Source: Utricularia gibba
Taxonomy: Eukaryota > Plantae > Magnoliophyta
Direction: 5' to 3'
Length of the DNA stretch: 64,000 nucleotides
NCBI GenBank assembly: GCA_002189035.1
Contig: NEEC01000011.1
Span: 1,054,001 to 1,118,000 of the forward strand
The notes under the pieces are model-generated. The model worked only from the letters and a program-made list of their open reading frames with translations. It was not told the DNA's origin and did not search any database. Each line of letters opens with the position of its first letter. The stretch's first letter is position 1. Positions 14,406-26,439 of the stretch are shown piece by piece. The translations under genes and the position numbers were made by a program.

Positions 14406-15684
14406 TGATAGCACACACATTTTCCTAATGTAAGATATGAAAATCATAAATTTTTAATTATATTTAGTTGTTTATTTTATAGTTTCAAGTATTTTTATAT
14501 AACTTAAGAAAAATGTGATTTTTGTGTGCTAGTGGGCTAAATCATGATTTAGTCCACCCCATGTTCTAACCCAATTTTGAGTCATGCAGCATCCCTCAAA
14601 AATCATGGAGAGACACAAGGATTTCATGTAAGTCACCATACAACAAGAGGAATAGGGAACAATGAGTACACTATCACGGCGGCAATCTACAAGTCAGGGG
14701 CAGGAGCAGCAGAGCTATCAGAGATTGTACTAGCTTTGGGAAGTGAGAGACGAGAGAAAAAAATGAGAGGAGAGAGAATCGCAAAGGAGCGGGAGCAGAC
14801 GGAAATCAAGACGAATGTTGAACCAGAAGGAGAAAGAAGGGTGATTTTTTTTGAGAAGAACCTCCAACATGAAGGATGAAGATTAAGACCTAGTTCAACG
14901 CTACTGTTTCAGCTTGTGAACAATAGCAGACGGAAATCAGAACTATAATTGTTTTATTTTAGTTTCTGCAACCAACTCTTTCACGATGTTCTTGACGTTT
15001 TCACTGCTTTATGTTAATGTTATCATATTTTACATTCCAAGTATGAGTAGCTAGAACCTTAGGGATGATGTAAGGTAGAGCATGATGGTGTGGACCTAGG
15101 ATTCTTCACAAATGAGTAGCTTAATTGTTTAGAGGTAGACCAATAAATCAAGGCAGGAGCAATAGGTGTTATTCCGGGATAGAACCAGTAGAACCAAGTA
15201 GACCTAGTTCTATACACTTTGCATGTGGGTAGACCTAATTGCAATGTTGGTGATGATATTGGGGACTAGCTTAGCCGAAAAAATAATGAATGACCTAGGT
15301 AGACTTAGGTTATTTGAAATTGTGAGTGTAGGAACATGATAAATTAAATTAGGTATTTTAACACCACACCACCTGGAGACTCTTAACGCATCTTAGTATT
15401 ACTCTAAGTTAAAACCAATACTTGTTACCTTTAGCATTGATACCTAATTTTGTTTACTGAACTTGCTTACCATTGTTAGTCTGAGCTTCGACTAAGAACT
15501 ACTATTATTCCGAATTCTGCATTTGCTAAGACACTTAACAAGCACAAGCTCCTTGTGATCGACCCTGAATTCCATTGTACATTTTGTGTTTAATTTGTAT
15601 TTTGTGAGGATTAGGGCTTATAAATTTATTTTATATGAAAATTTGGTTTTAATGCAACGACATTGCTAAAATTCTCGTTTATTA
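14406..15684 (+). mobile_element. Athila-type LTR (probable solo LTR)
   Basis: Starts TGATAGCACACACATTTTC and ends ...TTCTCGTTTATTA. Homologous to 29370-30152 and to the reverse complement of 36859-38237. TSD not clean. Confidence 0.75.
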
Positions 15685-16540
15685 GATATCAAGATTCAGA
15701 GATGGAAATAAAAAATATCTTTATTGCTGTCTATTGCACTTCAAAAATATTTCTAAAAAGTATAGAGAATCTGAATTTCAGTCAAGATGAAATTTTCCAA
15801 TGCATTATAAAAGCTACAACTTCAAAAGAAATAGATGACAATATACCAAAGGTCAAATCACTTCATTATATAAAGAGTTGTCAACCTTCTTTGTATGCAA
15901 AGCTCGTTCTTTCATTGTAGCGGATATAGAAACTCTAGTTGTGAATGATGTTCATGTTCCTTATCTGGCTGGATATTTAGTGATTGAACCAAGTGCAGAT
16001 CTGACTTTAACTCCACCAATCCAAACACTTTTTAGTAAAGATCACTTGCAATCTATCTACCTTAGGGTCTGTTTGGTGCAGCTTCAGCTTCAAAAAAATC
16101 ACTTTTAGAAGTGATTCCTGGACAAAACACGCACTACTTGTGCTCCACCTGAAGTTGGAGCAGTGAAGTGCTCCACTGTTTTTGAGAAGGTGAGGGTCCC
16201 TTGCTTCAATTTTATTGAAGCACTTCTCAAATATATATATATACCTATTTTACCCTCACTTTGTTTTAAATTTCAATAAATTATCCCTCCACTCCATCTA
16301 GGGTTAAAGTCGTTGCTTCAAAATTACAACAAGAAATATCTTGACTTCTCTATTCCCACTCGAACGCAGTGTGAAAAGTAGGTGCGATTCCTCCAAATTT
16401 AGTCTCTATCTTCAGATCTCATTCGAATGAAATAGATCTTCTTCAGTTTTTCGTTGTTTCATTTGCTTCATTTGCCTACATCTTCTTTAGTTTTCATTGC
16501 ATTTTTTATCCTTCATTATTTCACCATTTTCTATAGACAT

Positions 16541-17590
16541 ATGGACGGAGGTGATAGCTCACAAGCGAGATGTGTGGATCCTAACCTGGTAGCGACCTTT
16601 ATTCGAGTTTTTACGACAGAGGTTCATGCTAGAAATAGACCGAACAGCCACTTCAACAGATTGGGATGGGAGAATGTGGTTAGAAATTTTAATTCTTTGA
16701 CAGGTAAGAATCATTCTCGAGCTCAATTGAAAAACAAATGGGGTAAGATGAAAAAAGCTTGGGATGTATGGGTTAAATTGATGAAGCAAACCGGAATTGG
16801 ATTTGAGCCTAATGGTGTTGTAGATATGTCTGATTCCTAGTGGAGTGACTACTTAAAGGTACATTATATTTGTTTCAAGATTCTTTTTTTTTATAATACA
16901 AATGCTTGTTTTTTTATGTTTCTGCAATATTTCATCGTAAGTGATATTATATACTTGTAGGATAACAAAGCTGCACGTTATTATAAGAATGTTACACCAA
17001 TTTTGCTAGAAGAGCAAGAGATAATGTTTAGCGATATCTTAGTCACCGAAGAATTAGTGCATTATTCGACAGGTGGACAACACTCATCGCCTTGTTTTGA
17101 AGATGCAAATGACATTCAAGATAATATTGAAGGCTATGAAGTCGCTACACAAGTTCAGAACTCTCCATATGGTTGTACTTCCACTCAACAAGGTAGTCAA
17201 TCTAGCATACAAACACCGGTGCGAAAAGCACTAGCAAGTACAAGAAAGCGTGCTAGGACAAATGACAGCAACATAATTGCTCATGCATTGGAAAAGGTGG
17301 CAGAAGCTATTGGACCTTCACGGGAGCAGCGTCTTGTAGACCATGAGAAGGCTGAAATTAAAACATGTTTGAACTTTTTCGACAACTGTAGTGGCATAGC
17401 ATTTGGTGATACGATATATGTACATGCCATGGTGATGTTTGCATCAGAAACCAAGCGCAAACTTTGGTTCTTTGCAAAAAATGATGATGCAAGAGTAGCT
17501 TATCTCAAATATGATTATCAAATTCATTGCCATAAAATGGGGAAAATGTCCCATAAAGTTGGTGTTATTTGCAAAAGTAGATTATCTTGA
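16541..17590 (+). pseudogene. Harbinger ORF1 Myb/SANT-like DNA-binding protein (2 exons)
   Basis: GWENVVRNFNSLTGKNHSRAQLKNKWGKMKKAW...TGIG. Intron 16859-16960 (GT..AG) joins in frame. In-frame TAG at 16838-16840, likely from TGG. Confidence 0.8.
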
Positions 17591-17974
17591 TGTTGTCTAT
17601 TTCATTTAGATTTGAGGTTGTTGTGTTGAAGACAAAATAATGAGTTGGACGTTATCATATTTTCTGAATTTTTGTTATTATGTTTTAGCATATAAATATA
17701 TTAAGTTATAGTTCAAGAAACAAATGAACCTAATATATGTTTACATCAAAATTTAATAATTTATTTTTATGTGAATAATATACAACATATATTTCATTTT
17801 CGAATAATCACATAAATTGGAATTTTTTTAATATTAATTTTTTTTTATTAATCTGTTTTACAATAAAAAAACAACGTTCAAGATAAACTTTGATTTATGT
17901 ATTTAAATTTATGTATTAAATTATTTTATATTAACGCTATCTACGAAATAAGTAATTTGGTAGGAGTCCAATAC

Positions 17975-18352
17975 ACAAACGTGTTGGACTCCTACCACAT
18001 TACTTATTTTGTAGGTGTCATTAATGTGAGATACACACAGGCGTGGTTTATGCATTACTTATGTCTGTGTGTTGGATTTCTATCAAATTACTTATTTTAT
18101 AGGCAGTGTTAATGTAGGATACACATGGGCGTGGTTTATGTATAATCTACGTCCGTGTATTGGACTCTTATCTAATTTCTTATTTCGTAGGTGGTGTTAA
18201 TATCTAACACTACATGAGTATGGTTTATGCATAACCCACATCCGTTTGTTGGACTCCTTTCAAATTACTTGTTTCATAGGTGCCATTAATGTGGGATACA
18301 CATGTGCTTGGTTTATGCATAACTCACGTCCGTGTGCTGGACTTCTTCCAAA
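17975..18352. repeat. Tandem array of ~4 diverged 88-bp units between the Harbinger ORFs
   Basis: Unit TACTTATTTTGTAGGTGTCATTAATGTG...GGTTTATGCAT...GTTGGAC recurs at about 18001, 18089, 18177 and 18266. Confidence 0.85.
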
Positions 18353-18399
18353 TATATACTAATCACATCGAATTATAGTTTACTGTCAAATCGAACATT

Positions 18400-19792
18400 C
18401 ATAGATGTCTATCTACTTCCATTTTCACCCTGATAGAGTCTCTTATGGCATCCATGTCATTGTCCCGTGCACCTTCCGAATCAGTCAGTGGATCTTGTGA
18501 ATCATATTCTTACACTTCTTCTAAGAAATCTGGGTCATCATTGTTCATAATTCTAATGTAATTGTGCAGTGCTATCGTTACAATTACAAGCCTAATTTGT
18601 ATCTTCAAAGCCAATGGAGAAGGGAAGCAAGTCACTAGCTTGAATTTCTTCTTCTCAATTCCAAATGATCTTTCAATTGCGCATCTCAAGGATGAATGCT
18701 TGAAATAGAATAATTCATTTCCATTTATGAGAGATGGATTTCGATAAAAATCTGGAAGATGATATCTCTCCCTCCTGTATGGGGCCATAAACCCATTCTT
18801 ATTTGTATAACCAAAGTCAACGAGGTAGTACTTTCCTAATATAGAACAAGATCAATGAATAATGATGAGTAACACATTTGAATTAACACATTAAACAACT
18901 GAGTAATCACCTTGAGATGGCATTTGAAACTTAGAATTTTGATCATTAATGGCAGCACATAACACACGTGAATCATGTGCTGCCTTTTCCCAACCAACAG
19001 CCACAAAAGTGAAACATAAATTAAAATCGCAAGCAACCAATATGTTTTGTGTTGGTTTCCCCTTCCTTCCTATAAATGGAATTTGTTTTTTTGGTGGCAG
19101 AATTGCATCAATGTGTGTACCATCTATGGCTCCAATGCAATCCTAAAGTGTAAAAAATCTTCCAATAATGATTAGTCAATAAATTAAGAGAATGGATAGA
19201 CTAATATATATGATATACAACCTTAAAATAACGTGAGTATCGATCGTCGAATTGGAACTCTGGAGGAGTAACATTGTGAGGTCGAAATAAACAAATCCAA
19301 TCTTTAGACATCTTCAAACAAGCTTTAAGAACTGCACGTATCGATCTATGGATTGTCCATGCTACGATATTATGCAAAACACAACATTACCATACAAAAC
19401 TATATTAGCCAAAAAAATATAGATGATACAAAACTAAAAAACATCATACTTGAATGTTGATACCCTTCTGCAAGATGACTTTGATTGTAACCTTGACCAA
19501 CATATTGAAGAAAGTGAGCAAGTTGTTCCCGAATGGAGACACCCCCAATAGGTTTCAACCCATAAGACTCACTCAATAATTCACAAAGTTGATAAAAAAC
19601 ATGAGTTGTCATCCTTAACTTAATTGGATTGCCTTCTAACATCTATTTCAACAATTCTGCACCTATAAACTTCCTATTCTTACATGGAAATTTATGTACC
19701 CGATTAGCATAATAACTACCAATCAAAGATACAACACTAACCACCATTTTTTAAACTTTTTTATTTCTTCTTGAAGATTGATCATTATCCAT
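18400..19792 (-). pseudogene. Harbinger DDE nuclease (HARBI1 / DDE_Tnp_4-like), spliced
   Basis: LRMTTHVFYQLCELL...VSIREQLAHFL, DCIGAIDGTHI, GWEKAAHDSRVL, KYYLVDFGY and KHSSLRCAIERSFG...ALHNYIR. Bounds approximate. Confidence 0.85.
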
Positions 19793-20509
19793 GTATGACT
19801 TCAAAGGAGAAAATGAATACTCCTTTGAAAAAAAATTCAAGAAGATGAAAAATAAGTGTATGTAGTAGTGGGGGTAGGTATGAATTTAAGAGAGTAGTTG
19901 AAAAAAATTCATTCAGGATATATTAGTAATATCAATACAAAAAAAACTTCATATGAAGCAAATTACATCAAACACGTTTTGTTTCTATCTGTTTGGAGTT
20001 GATGGACCAAACAGAAATTGCTTTAAAAAAAGCACTTCTACAAAATCACTTTTTTTGAAGTTAATTTTAGAAGCAGTTCCAAACAGTCTCTTACTTTTCA
20101 AAAAAGTAGCAAAAAAGTATTATTTGATTTTATTTTGAATGTAGAAATTTTAGTGAAAAAAGATCTCATCTTCTAACTATTTATTTCTACAATTTTGCTC
20201 AGTTTGGTGGTATTATTCTTTGTAGATCACTCAAATAAGTATATAATCAAAACCTTATTTCGAAATCATAAGTCTTATGAGTTGAGGGTGTGTGTCTCTA
20301 AGAAACCACAAAATAAACTCTTCTTTCATTTCCATGATTCGTTGGTCTTGCTTCTAGGTTCTCTTGATAAATTGGCTAAAACATTATGTCCAAATTTAGG
20401 GTTCAAAGGTTCTATTTCGCATAAATAATTGACAATAGAGAATCTTGAGTCTTATCATGATTCTATGTTTGGCTATCTTTTTCAAGATATGATTCTATTG
20501 GGTGGTGTG

Positions 20510-20935
20510 TGTTGGACTCAGCTAAGGAATTCATGCTAGACCACAATCACTTTGCTAGTGCTCAAGTCAAGCTGATCCAGATTAGCAAGTTCCAAATCAA
20601 AGTGCATGTCTCCAACTAACCAGAAATGTAAGAAGTAGCTACACACCCATGACCGTAGGAAAGAGAGGGAGATATGGTGTGTGATCAAGTGGTGAAGCTT
20701 TGTTCCTTTTTCAAGATCACTGTTATGTAGGTGAAGAAGTGTTCCGATTTTTTATCTAAATTGCGAATTGCAGAGCAACTAGACAACTTTCTTTCTTTTG
20801 CTGATCATATTGATTATATTGTGTAGAAAAAATCTTCTTTATGGATCCTTGTAATTTAGGGGTGTGGCCCAAACCTAGATTTTTCCCTATGCCTTTGTTT
20901 GATTTAGCATACATGAAAGTACAAAATTTCATACA
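20510..20935. mobile_element. Solo LTR (426 bp) inserted in the polymerase fossil
   Basis: TGTTGG...ATACA termini and a perfect TSD GTGTG (20505-20509 / 20936-20940). Confidence 0.85.
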
Positions 20936-21095
20936 GTGTGTTGTTGAAAGCACAATCTATTTATGGGCAAAAGTATCATATTGATATTGAGGATTCAATG
21001 ACATTGTCTTCTCTTAGATTGAAGATCTTTCGTTATCATTATTTGGATGAGCACTTTCATATACATATCCCAATTTCTAACCAAGATTCATTTAT

Positions 21096-21374
21096 TGTTG
21101 GTTAAAAAGAAAAAAAAACACATATTATCAAGAAAGCACAGAATTGATAATCAAATGTCCTAAAGGTATTTCTGACCAGTCAATTGATCAGCTACTTCTA
21201 GGATATAGGTGATTCATTATGAAAGGAAAGACTCCTTTTACAAAATAGGAAGAACCAAATAGAATGCAACTAAATTCGCAATATTAGGGTACAATTAACT
21301 AAACATCCTCCATCAATATGTTAATTGTTGAATAATTGAATAATTATAATAATTAATAATTGAATAATCCAATA
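21096..21374. mobile_element. Short solo LTR (279 bp) inserted in the polymerase fossil
   Basis: TGTTGG...CCAATA termini (CA changed to TA) and a perfect TSD TTTAT (21091-21095 / 21375-21379). Confidence 0.8.
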
Positions 21375-22499
21375 TTTATCAGGAAGAGCTATTATCACAG
21401 ACATCTTGATGTCTATATACCATATGGTGAAAATGTGTACTATTATGCTGTCAACTTATTATATCCATTTATCATGAAGACCTGTACTATGCCTATATCA
21501 ACATGGAAAAATAATTTAGAGTCGATTAGTTTACATAGCTTGTTTGGATTTCTTGAAGTATATGTAGTATAAAGATAAAGTGTATGTAGTTATTCATCCA
21601 TTCTTGCCATATAAAGATAAACATGCCACTTTCATCTTTCCAACTAGTAAATTTAAATTTGTCTTTTATTGTCATAGTTAAAGTTTGCTAATGATGAGAG
21701 ATCTTACACCCTCAAGAAAAGGAAACAGGTTATGAGGTGATCCCTCTTAGAGAGTACATGTTTCAAAAGAAAACAAGTCTTTTTGAGGGTTTAATTACTG
21801 ATCAATATGAAAATAGACTGAAAGCTAAAATGAATGGGGATCAAGCAATGCATTATATTTATAAAATTATCATGAACACACTCTATAGTCGATTTGGGAT
21901 CAATCTAGAGAGTCTGATTACAAAGATTTGTGATCATGAAGAATAATTTTCAATCCACTTCAAAACTTAATGATTGTGATCATGAAACTTGGATAGCATT
22001 GAAGACATCGGTTTTTCAATTTTCTGCTTGTTCCAGAATTCATATGTACCCATACATCATGGCCAAAAACAATTGTTACTACACACATATAGACTCGATG
22101 CTAGGTAATCCTCTTGATGATGCTAAGATCTCTTATATCGAAATTGATATGTTTAAACTTGAATACAAAATCAAGATGAGAGTCTTCTTAGCATCTAACA
22201 GTTGCGTCTTAGCAATAGACAATTAGCATATCTCGAACATAAGGGCCCTACTAAAGATTTAGTCAAACCAGAGTGGTTTAAAACAGAATTAGCAGATCTC
22301 GAACGAACTAAAAAGATAAGTAAGGAAGCTAATTTTAGGATTGATTGGAAAAAACTACTAGTAGGTAGGATTGGGTTAAAGATTAATCTAGGAATGCCTA
22401 AGAGTACTAAAAAGGAATGTATATATTCCGAAATTGATGAATGGATAGACACAACTGAAAGAACTGAATGGTAGGATGGTTACCAATGCATGCAATGGT

Positions 22500-23650
22500 T
22501 GTTATGGGATCAGGATTTTCACACTAGTCACACAGCTAGTGTGGGTTGGACAAACCAAAACAAAAGAGCAGTGCACTGATATGATAAAAAGTAGTTTTGA
22601 TTGATGAATATCAGCACATTGCTAGCAGCTATTCTTGTGCCAAAAAACATAAAAGACCTACAAATGAACAGAACTTAAAGACAGCAGAATAAATAACAGA
22701 AACCCGTAAGTGGGTGAGTGGACTTGTTCATGACACCATAATTTTCGAAGAGGTGGTTGAGGACTTGAAGCATGGCTAACTAAGTCAGGAACTGACGTGG
22801 ATCATATTTTTATCACTAATATTGAGGCTTGCTGACTTCATATGATCCAACAACAACACTATACATGTCATAAACTTAAAAGATCATGATGCTAACATTA
22901 TTCTCAAATATGAACTAGTTGGTCAGAATCTTAAAGCACAACAAAACAACCAAAATACTAGAAAATAAATATACTAGAAAAGTAGAAAGAGCAACATTCT
23001 CGAAGGGTCATGAGAGCATGAGTTGGAGTAGCTAGCAGTTCATTTAGAAGATAAGACGGAAGTATATATACACAAAGAATCTAACAGAACCTTACCCACT
23101 CTATAGTCTATTTTAACTCATGATGGTTAACATATTCTCACTAGATATAGCCTCAGGTACTAGATAGATGGTGAGATATGCACTTTACCCTAAACCAAAA
23201 GCTGTGTACTTCCTACTATTAGCTAGAAATTGAGATATCCTAGATATCTCAAGCTTGAAACCTAATGATCGACCCTCATCTGAGAAAGCAAAAGTCACAG
23301 CCTTTTGAAATACCTAAGTTATGTTCTTGTAAAAGTACAGCTTGATATGATACCATTTGGGAGGTACTAGAAGTGCAGAAAAATGGGGTATAGCTCATAA
23401 CCTTTTGATGGATAAAAGACGTTTCAATGGAGGTAAAAAAGTCGCCTGAAATCATGTTATAACAAACGAGACAAGCGACTCCTGATATAACAAAAATGAT
23501 GAAACGTCCATGGTGTCCATCACAATAAGTTGAAAACTCTAGAACAATGCATGTTAATCCAAATTTGTGATAGACATTGAGTATCAAGGCAGGATATTCC
23601 ATCACAAGTGTTAATACAATAGGAGAGTTTGAGATTCAAGTTTCTCAAAG
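22500..23650 (-). mobile_element. 3' part of a Copia element (RT/RNase H remnant plus 3' LTR 22500-22996)
   Basis: On the minus strand the LTR runs TGTTGCTC...GATCCCATAACA after a purine run GAGAA. Upstream KIDYRVGKVLLDSL, ISRISQFLANSR and YQAVLLQEHNLGISK resemble Copia RNase H and RT. Confidence 0.5.
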
Positions 23651-25435
23651 GAGATGTAGTGATCCTACATGAAATATTACTCTTTAAATGGACCCGTTGG
23701 AACTAAAAAGCTGAAAGGTAGCACAACAAGCGAGTACAATATAATAGTACCCTATTCTCTAATGGTACCCTACATGAAATGTCTTTCTTTTGTTTTTCAT
23801 ATCGCTTGGGAGTGTCATATCTTGTGTGTGCATTTAGTGTCAAAAGGTTGTGTGTGTATTGTTTCACATACTTCGGAAAACTCTATAACTCAACACTTTA
23901 CAGCTCATTAGCTCAACAATGAACTCGGTTGAGTAACTACTGAACTCATCTAAAAATAGGAAATTCCACTCTTGATAAACTCTAGCTCAAGAACTCCAAC
24001 TCCTAGCTATGATATTCTCTCTTTATTTCTCTTAGCTCCAATTCCATTATGGTGGTCACTGTTTAAGAGCTCCCACTAACCCAAGAGTCCTAATAGGTTT
24101 TGTGGTAGTATCGCTAATTTCATTATGGAAAGAATATCTTCGCTCGTTGCGTGTGTTTATTTTGTTCCCTAGATGGTGGCAATAAGTGTGTGTGTGTGTT
24201 TGTGAGTTCTACTACAGAGTGTTCGCTGTTGTGTGTGTTTATTTTTTTCATTAACGATGGCATTTTAACAATAAATTATCAAGTGTCCAAGTGGAAATTG
24301 AGTAAGAAGATAATCATTATGTGACAATAAATTATAAAGTGTGCAAGTGGACAGCATTATTCAAATACTGCATCCCCATACATCCACTCCTTATGCATTC
24401 AAACACTGCTCATTGGCCCTATCATTTTTCAATATGGGGATTCTTTGCTCATAATCATACTGATGTTGAACTAAGCTATAAAAAAGAGAAGAGCTACTTC
24501 CCACTCAACCATGATTCCAAAATAAGAGACCCTAACCTCGTGGCACTACTGACCTTGAATTCCTTTCACTCAACCCATCCATCCTCCCATTTATCTTGAA
24601 TTCTATTCAGGGATGGTGTTGACCTTCGTGATTTCGTTGTCTAGAAACAAACCCTTCCCTCTCAAGTTGGTTCCTTCATCTCCAGCGGCCCCTTATTGCA
24701 CACTAATTTTTCTTTTGTTTCATTCCCAATCTACTTAATTTACCAAAAAGACGTTGGGTTAATTACATAAAATAATCATATAGGGATTTATTCACCTATG
24801 AAAAATAAAAGCCAAATTTAAATTTTTTTATAACGGATTTGGATAAAATTGACCTATGAAAAATTGGGTCAATTATATCAAACGGGTAAATGGGAATGCA
24901 TAATAAGTTTGCAATGTATTATGAAATAGTTAGGTCATTCTTATGAATTTTACAAACAGTTGGGTTAATTAGAATAATATCATAAACAATGGTATCAATG
25001 TTGTGAATATTTCAAAAACTATAAAATACAATATGCAGCAAATCATAGGTCTGTTATGTAACGAAGATAGTGTGGTCCAGATTACAGTTATCCCTAATTA
25101 CTACATGGTTTATACAAAAGTAAATTGCTTCTTAATCATAAAATAGTATCCCAGATAGCCATATCGAATAGGAATTGTCTTTATATGATTTCTATTGAAA
25201 TAAAAAAAAAACAAAAGCAGATTATAAACAATATTTCGAATTCATTTAAATGGAGTTCCGAGAGAATGAAGGCTGACAAGATCAAGTCAAAATTAATATG
25301 AAAAAATATGCTAAAGTAGTGAAAATGACTGACCTTATTCAAGAAAAAAAATATTTATTGGAGATTCCTTTTTATTTTAATATTTTCTTTATGATATATT
25401 TTTTTCAATCAACCATAAAAGAGACCAAAGTCAAT

Positions 25436-25619
25436 CTATTTCTTTATTTAATCATGAATCATATGTTTGTACCAATAGGGACAGAATTTTTTTTAATCCT
25501 AATTAGCATATTATGTTGGTTCTTTTGATTAATATATCTGGAAATACCATCTTAAGACCATTTCAGATGCAGCTTACATTAAAATTACTGTTGTTCGGAC
25601 ATCTGGTTTGTTCAGCCAT
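25436..25619 (-). pseudogene. rpl33: Plastid-derived rpl33 pseudogene (NUPT)
   Basis: MA..DVRTTVIL, GISRYINQKNQHN and FCPYWYKHMIH across frameshifts, in the expected position downstream of psaJ. Confidence 0.8.
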
Positions 25620-25823
25620 GAAAAACTGTTTAATTTTTATTTGCTCAATCCATCTGATTCGAAGACACAAAAAAACTCGCTAAAGATCTTCTCCTTGATA
25701 GATATTCATTTTACTACACGGCTACTACCATCCCGTTAGTTAAATTTGAACTTGTCTTGCAGACGTTGAATCCGTTTTTTATTGTATCTCTAATGTTCTT
25801 CATTCTTTTCAATATTATTAACT

Positions 25824-25958
25824 TGAATGGAAAAAAGGGAAATGTCAATGCATGTGAGAAAACAAATGATTAATCTCTTTCAATAGACCGGCTAACAACC
25901 CCAACCATAGCGTACTTAGTATTGGGGCCAAGGAGAGATATGTTTTTAGGTTTCAAAT
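25824..25958 (-). pseudogene. psaJ: Plastid-derived psaJ pseudogene (NUPT)
   Basis: [27 protein letters not shown] versus psaJ [27 protein letters not shown]. Start codon lost; RBS-like GGAGG upstream. Confidence 0.88.
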
Positions 25959-26187
25959 AAGAAAACCTCCTTTTTTTACGTATTGTAATACATACGGAAA
26001 ATATATATATGATCGCATATGTACTTAAGGGCCACCTAGAGTTAGACATGGAACACCAAATGAAATATACGATGATCCATAATAGGTGAAAAAAAAAATC
26101 TTCTTTATCAATCCTTTCTCAATCAAGTAAATAGAAATGTGAAGAACAAGACAGGAATTCTATATAAGGATAACGGAGACCAATTAA

Positions 26188-26261
26188 AGAGATGTGGCGC
26201 AGCTTGGTAGCACGTTTGTTTTGAGTACAAAATATCACGGGTTCAAATCCTCTCATCCAAT
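26188..26261 (+). tRNA. trnP: Plastid-type trnP-UGG pseudogene (NUPT)
   Basis: AGAGATGTGGCGCAGCTTGGTAGCACGTTTGTTTTGAGTACAAAATATCACGGGTTCAAATCCTCTCATCC matches plastid trnP-UGG. Anticodon mutated TGG>TGA, acceptor stem damaged, and orientation opposite to psaJ as in plastomes. Confidence 0.85.
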
Positions 26262-26439
26262 CTATTACTGCAGTTAGGCAACGTGTTAAGCTGAATACAT
26301 GAGATCGACTCAAATTGCATGAACTCACGAACCTATTGAATACAGGGGATTCAGCTTAGAAGAAGCATACTTTTTTTTGTCTTTACAGTCTTCAGTATTT
26401 TAATAAAAAATTTGAGACCTAAAATAGAAAGGAAGCTTA

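Larger units (their letters stand above)
16065..20090. mobile_element. PIF/Harbinger DNA transposon, structurally complete but decayed
   Basis: TTA TSD (16062-16064 / 20091-20093), TIRs GGGTCTGTTTGG...CCAAACAGTCTC, and convergent Myb/SANT-like and DDE nuclease ORFs. Confidence 0.92.
15685..22474 (+). pseudogene. Protein-primed family-B DNA polymerase of plant mitochondrial linear-plasmid type (nuclear fossil), split by three insertions
   Basis: Segments 15685-16064, 20094-20509, 20941-21095 and 21380-22474 encode FIVADIETLVVNDVHVPYLAGYLV (ExoI), YFYNFAQFGGII (ExoII-like), FHDSLVLLLGSLDKLAKTLCP, FIRKSYY...PYGENVYYYAVNLLYPFIM (motif A), YKIIMNTLYSRFG (motif B), ACSRIHMYP and YYTHIDS (motif C). 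Stops, frameshifts and catalytic Asp losses are present. Confidence 0.9.

Noticed and set aside
17975-18352. 88-bp periodic repeats as a CRISPR array
   Set aside because: Whole units are homologous with no unique spacers, there are no cas genes, and the array lies inside a plant transposon.
15685-22474. Polymerase plus nuclease plus Myb ORF as one novel self-synthesising transposon (Polinton/Casposon-like)
   Set aside because: The nuclease and Myb ORF lie inside their own TIR/TTA-bounded Harbinger that interrupts the polymerase. No capsid, ATPase or enclosing TIRs were seen.
25081-25096. Resemblance to the I-SceI site (ATTACAGTTATCCCTA)
   Set aside because: It needs a gap and mismatches, and no homing endonuclease is nearby; a chance match.
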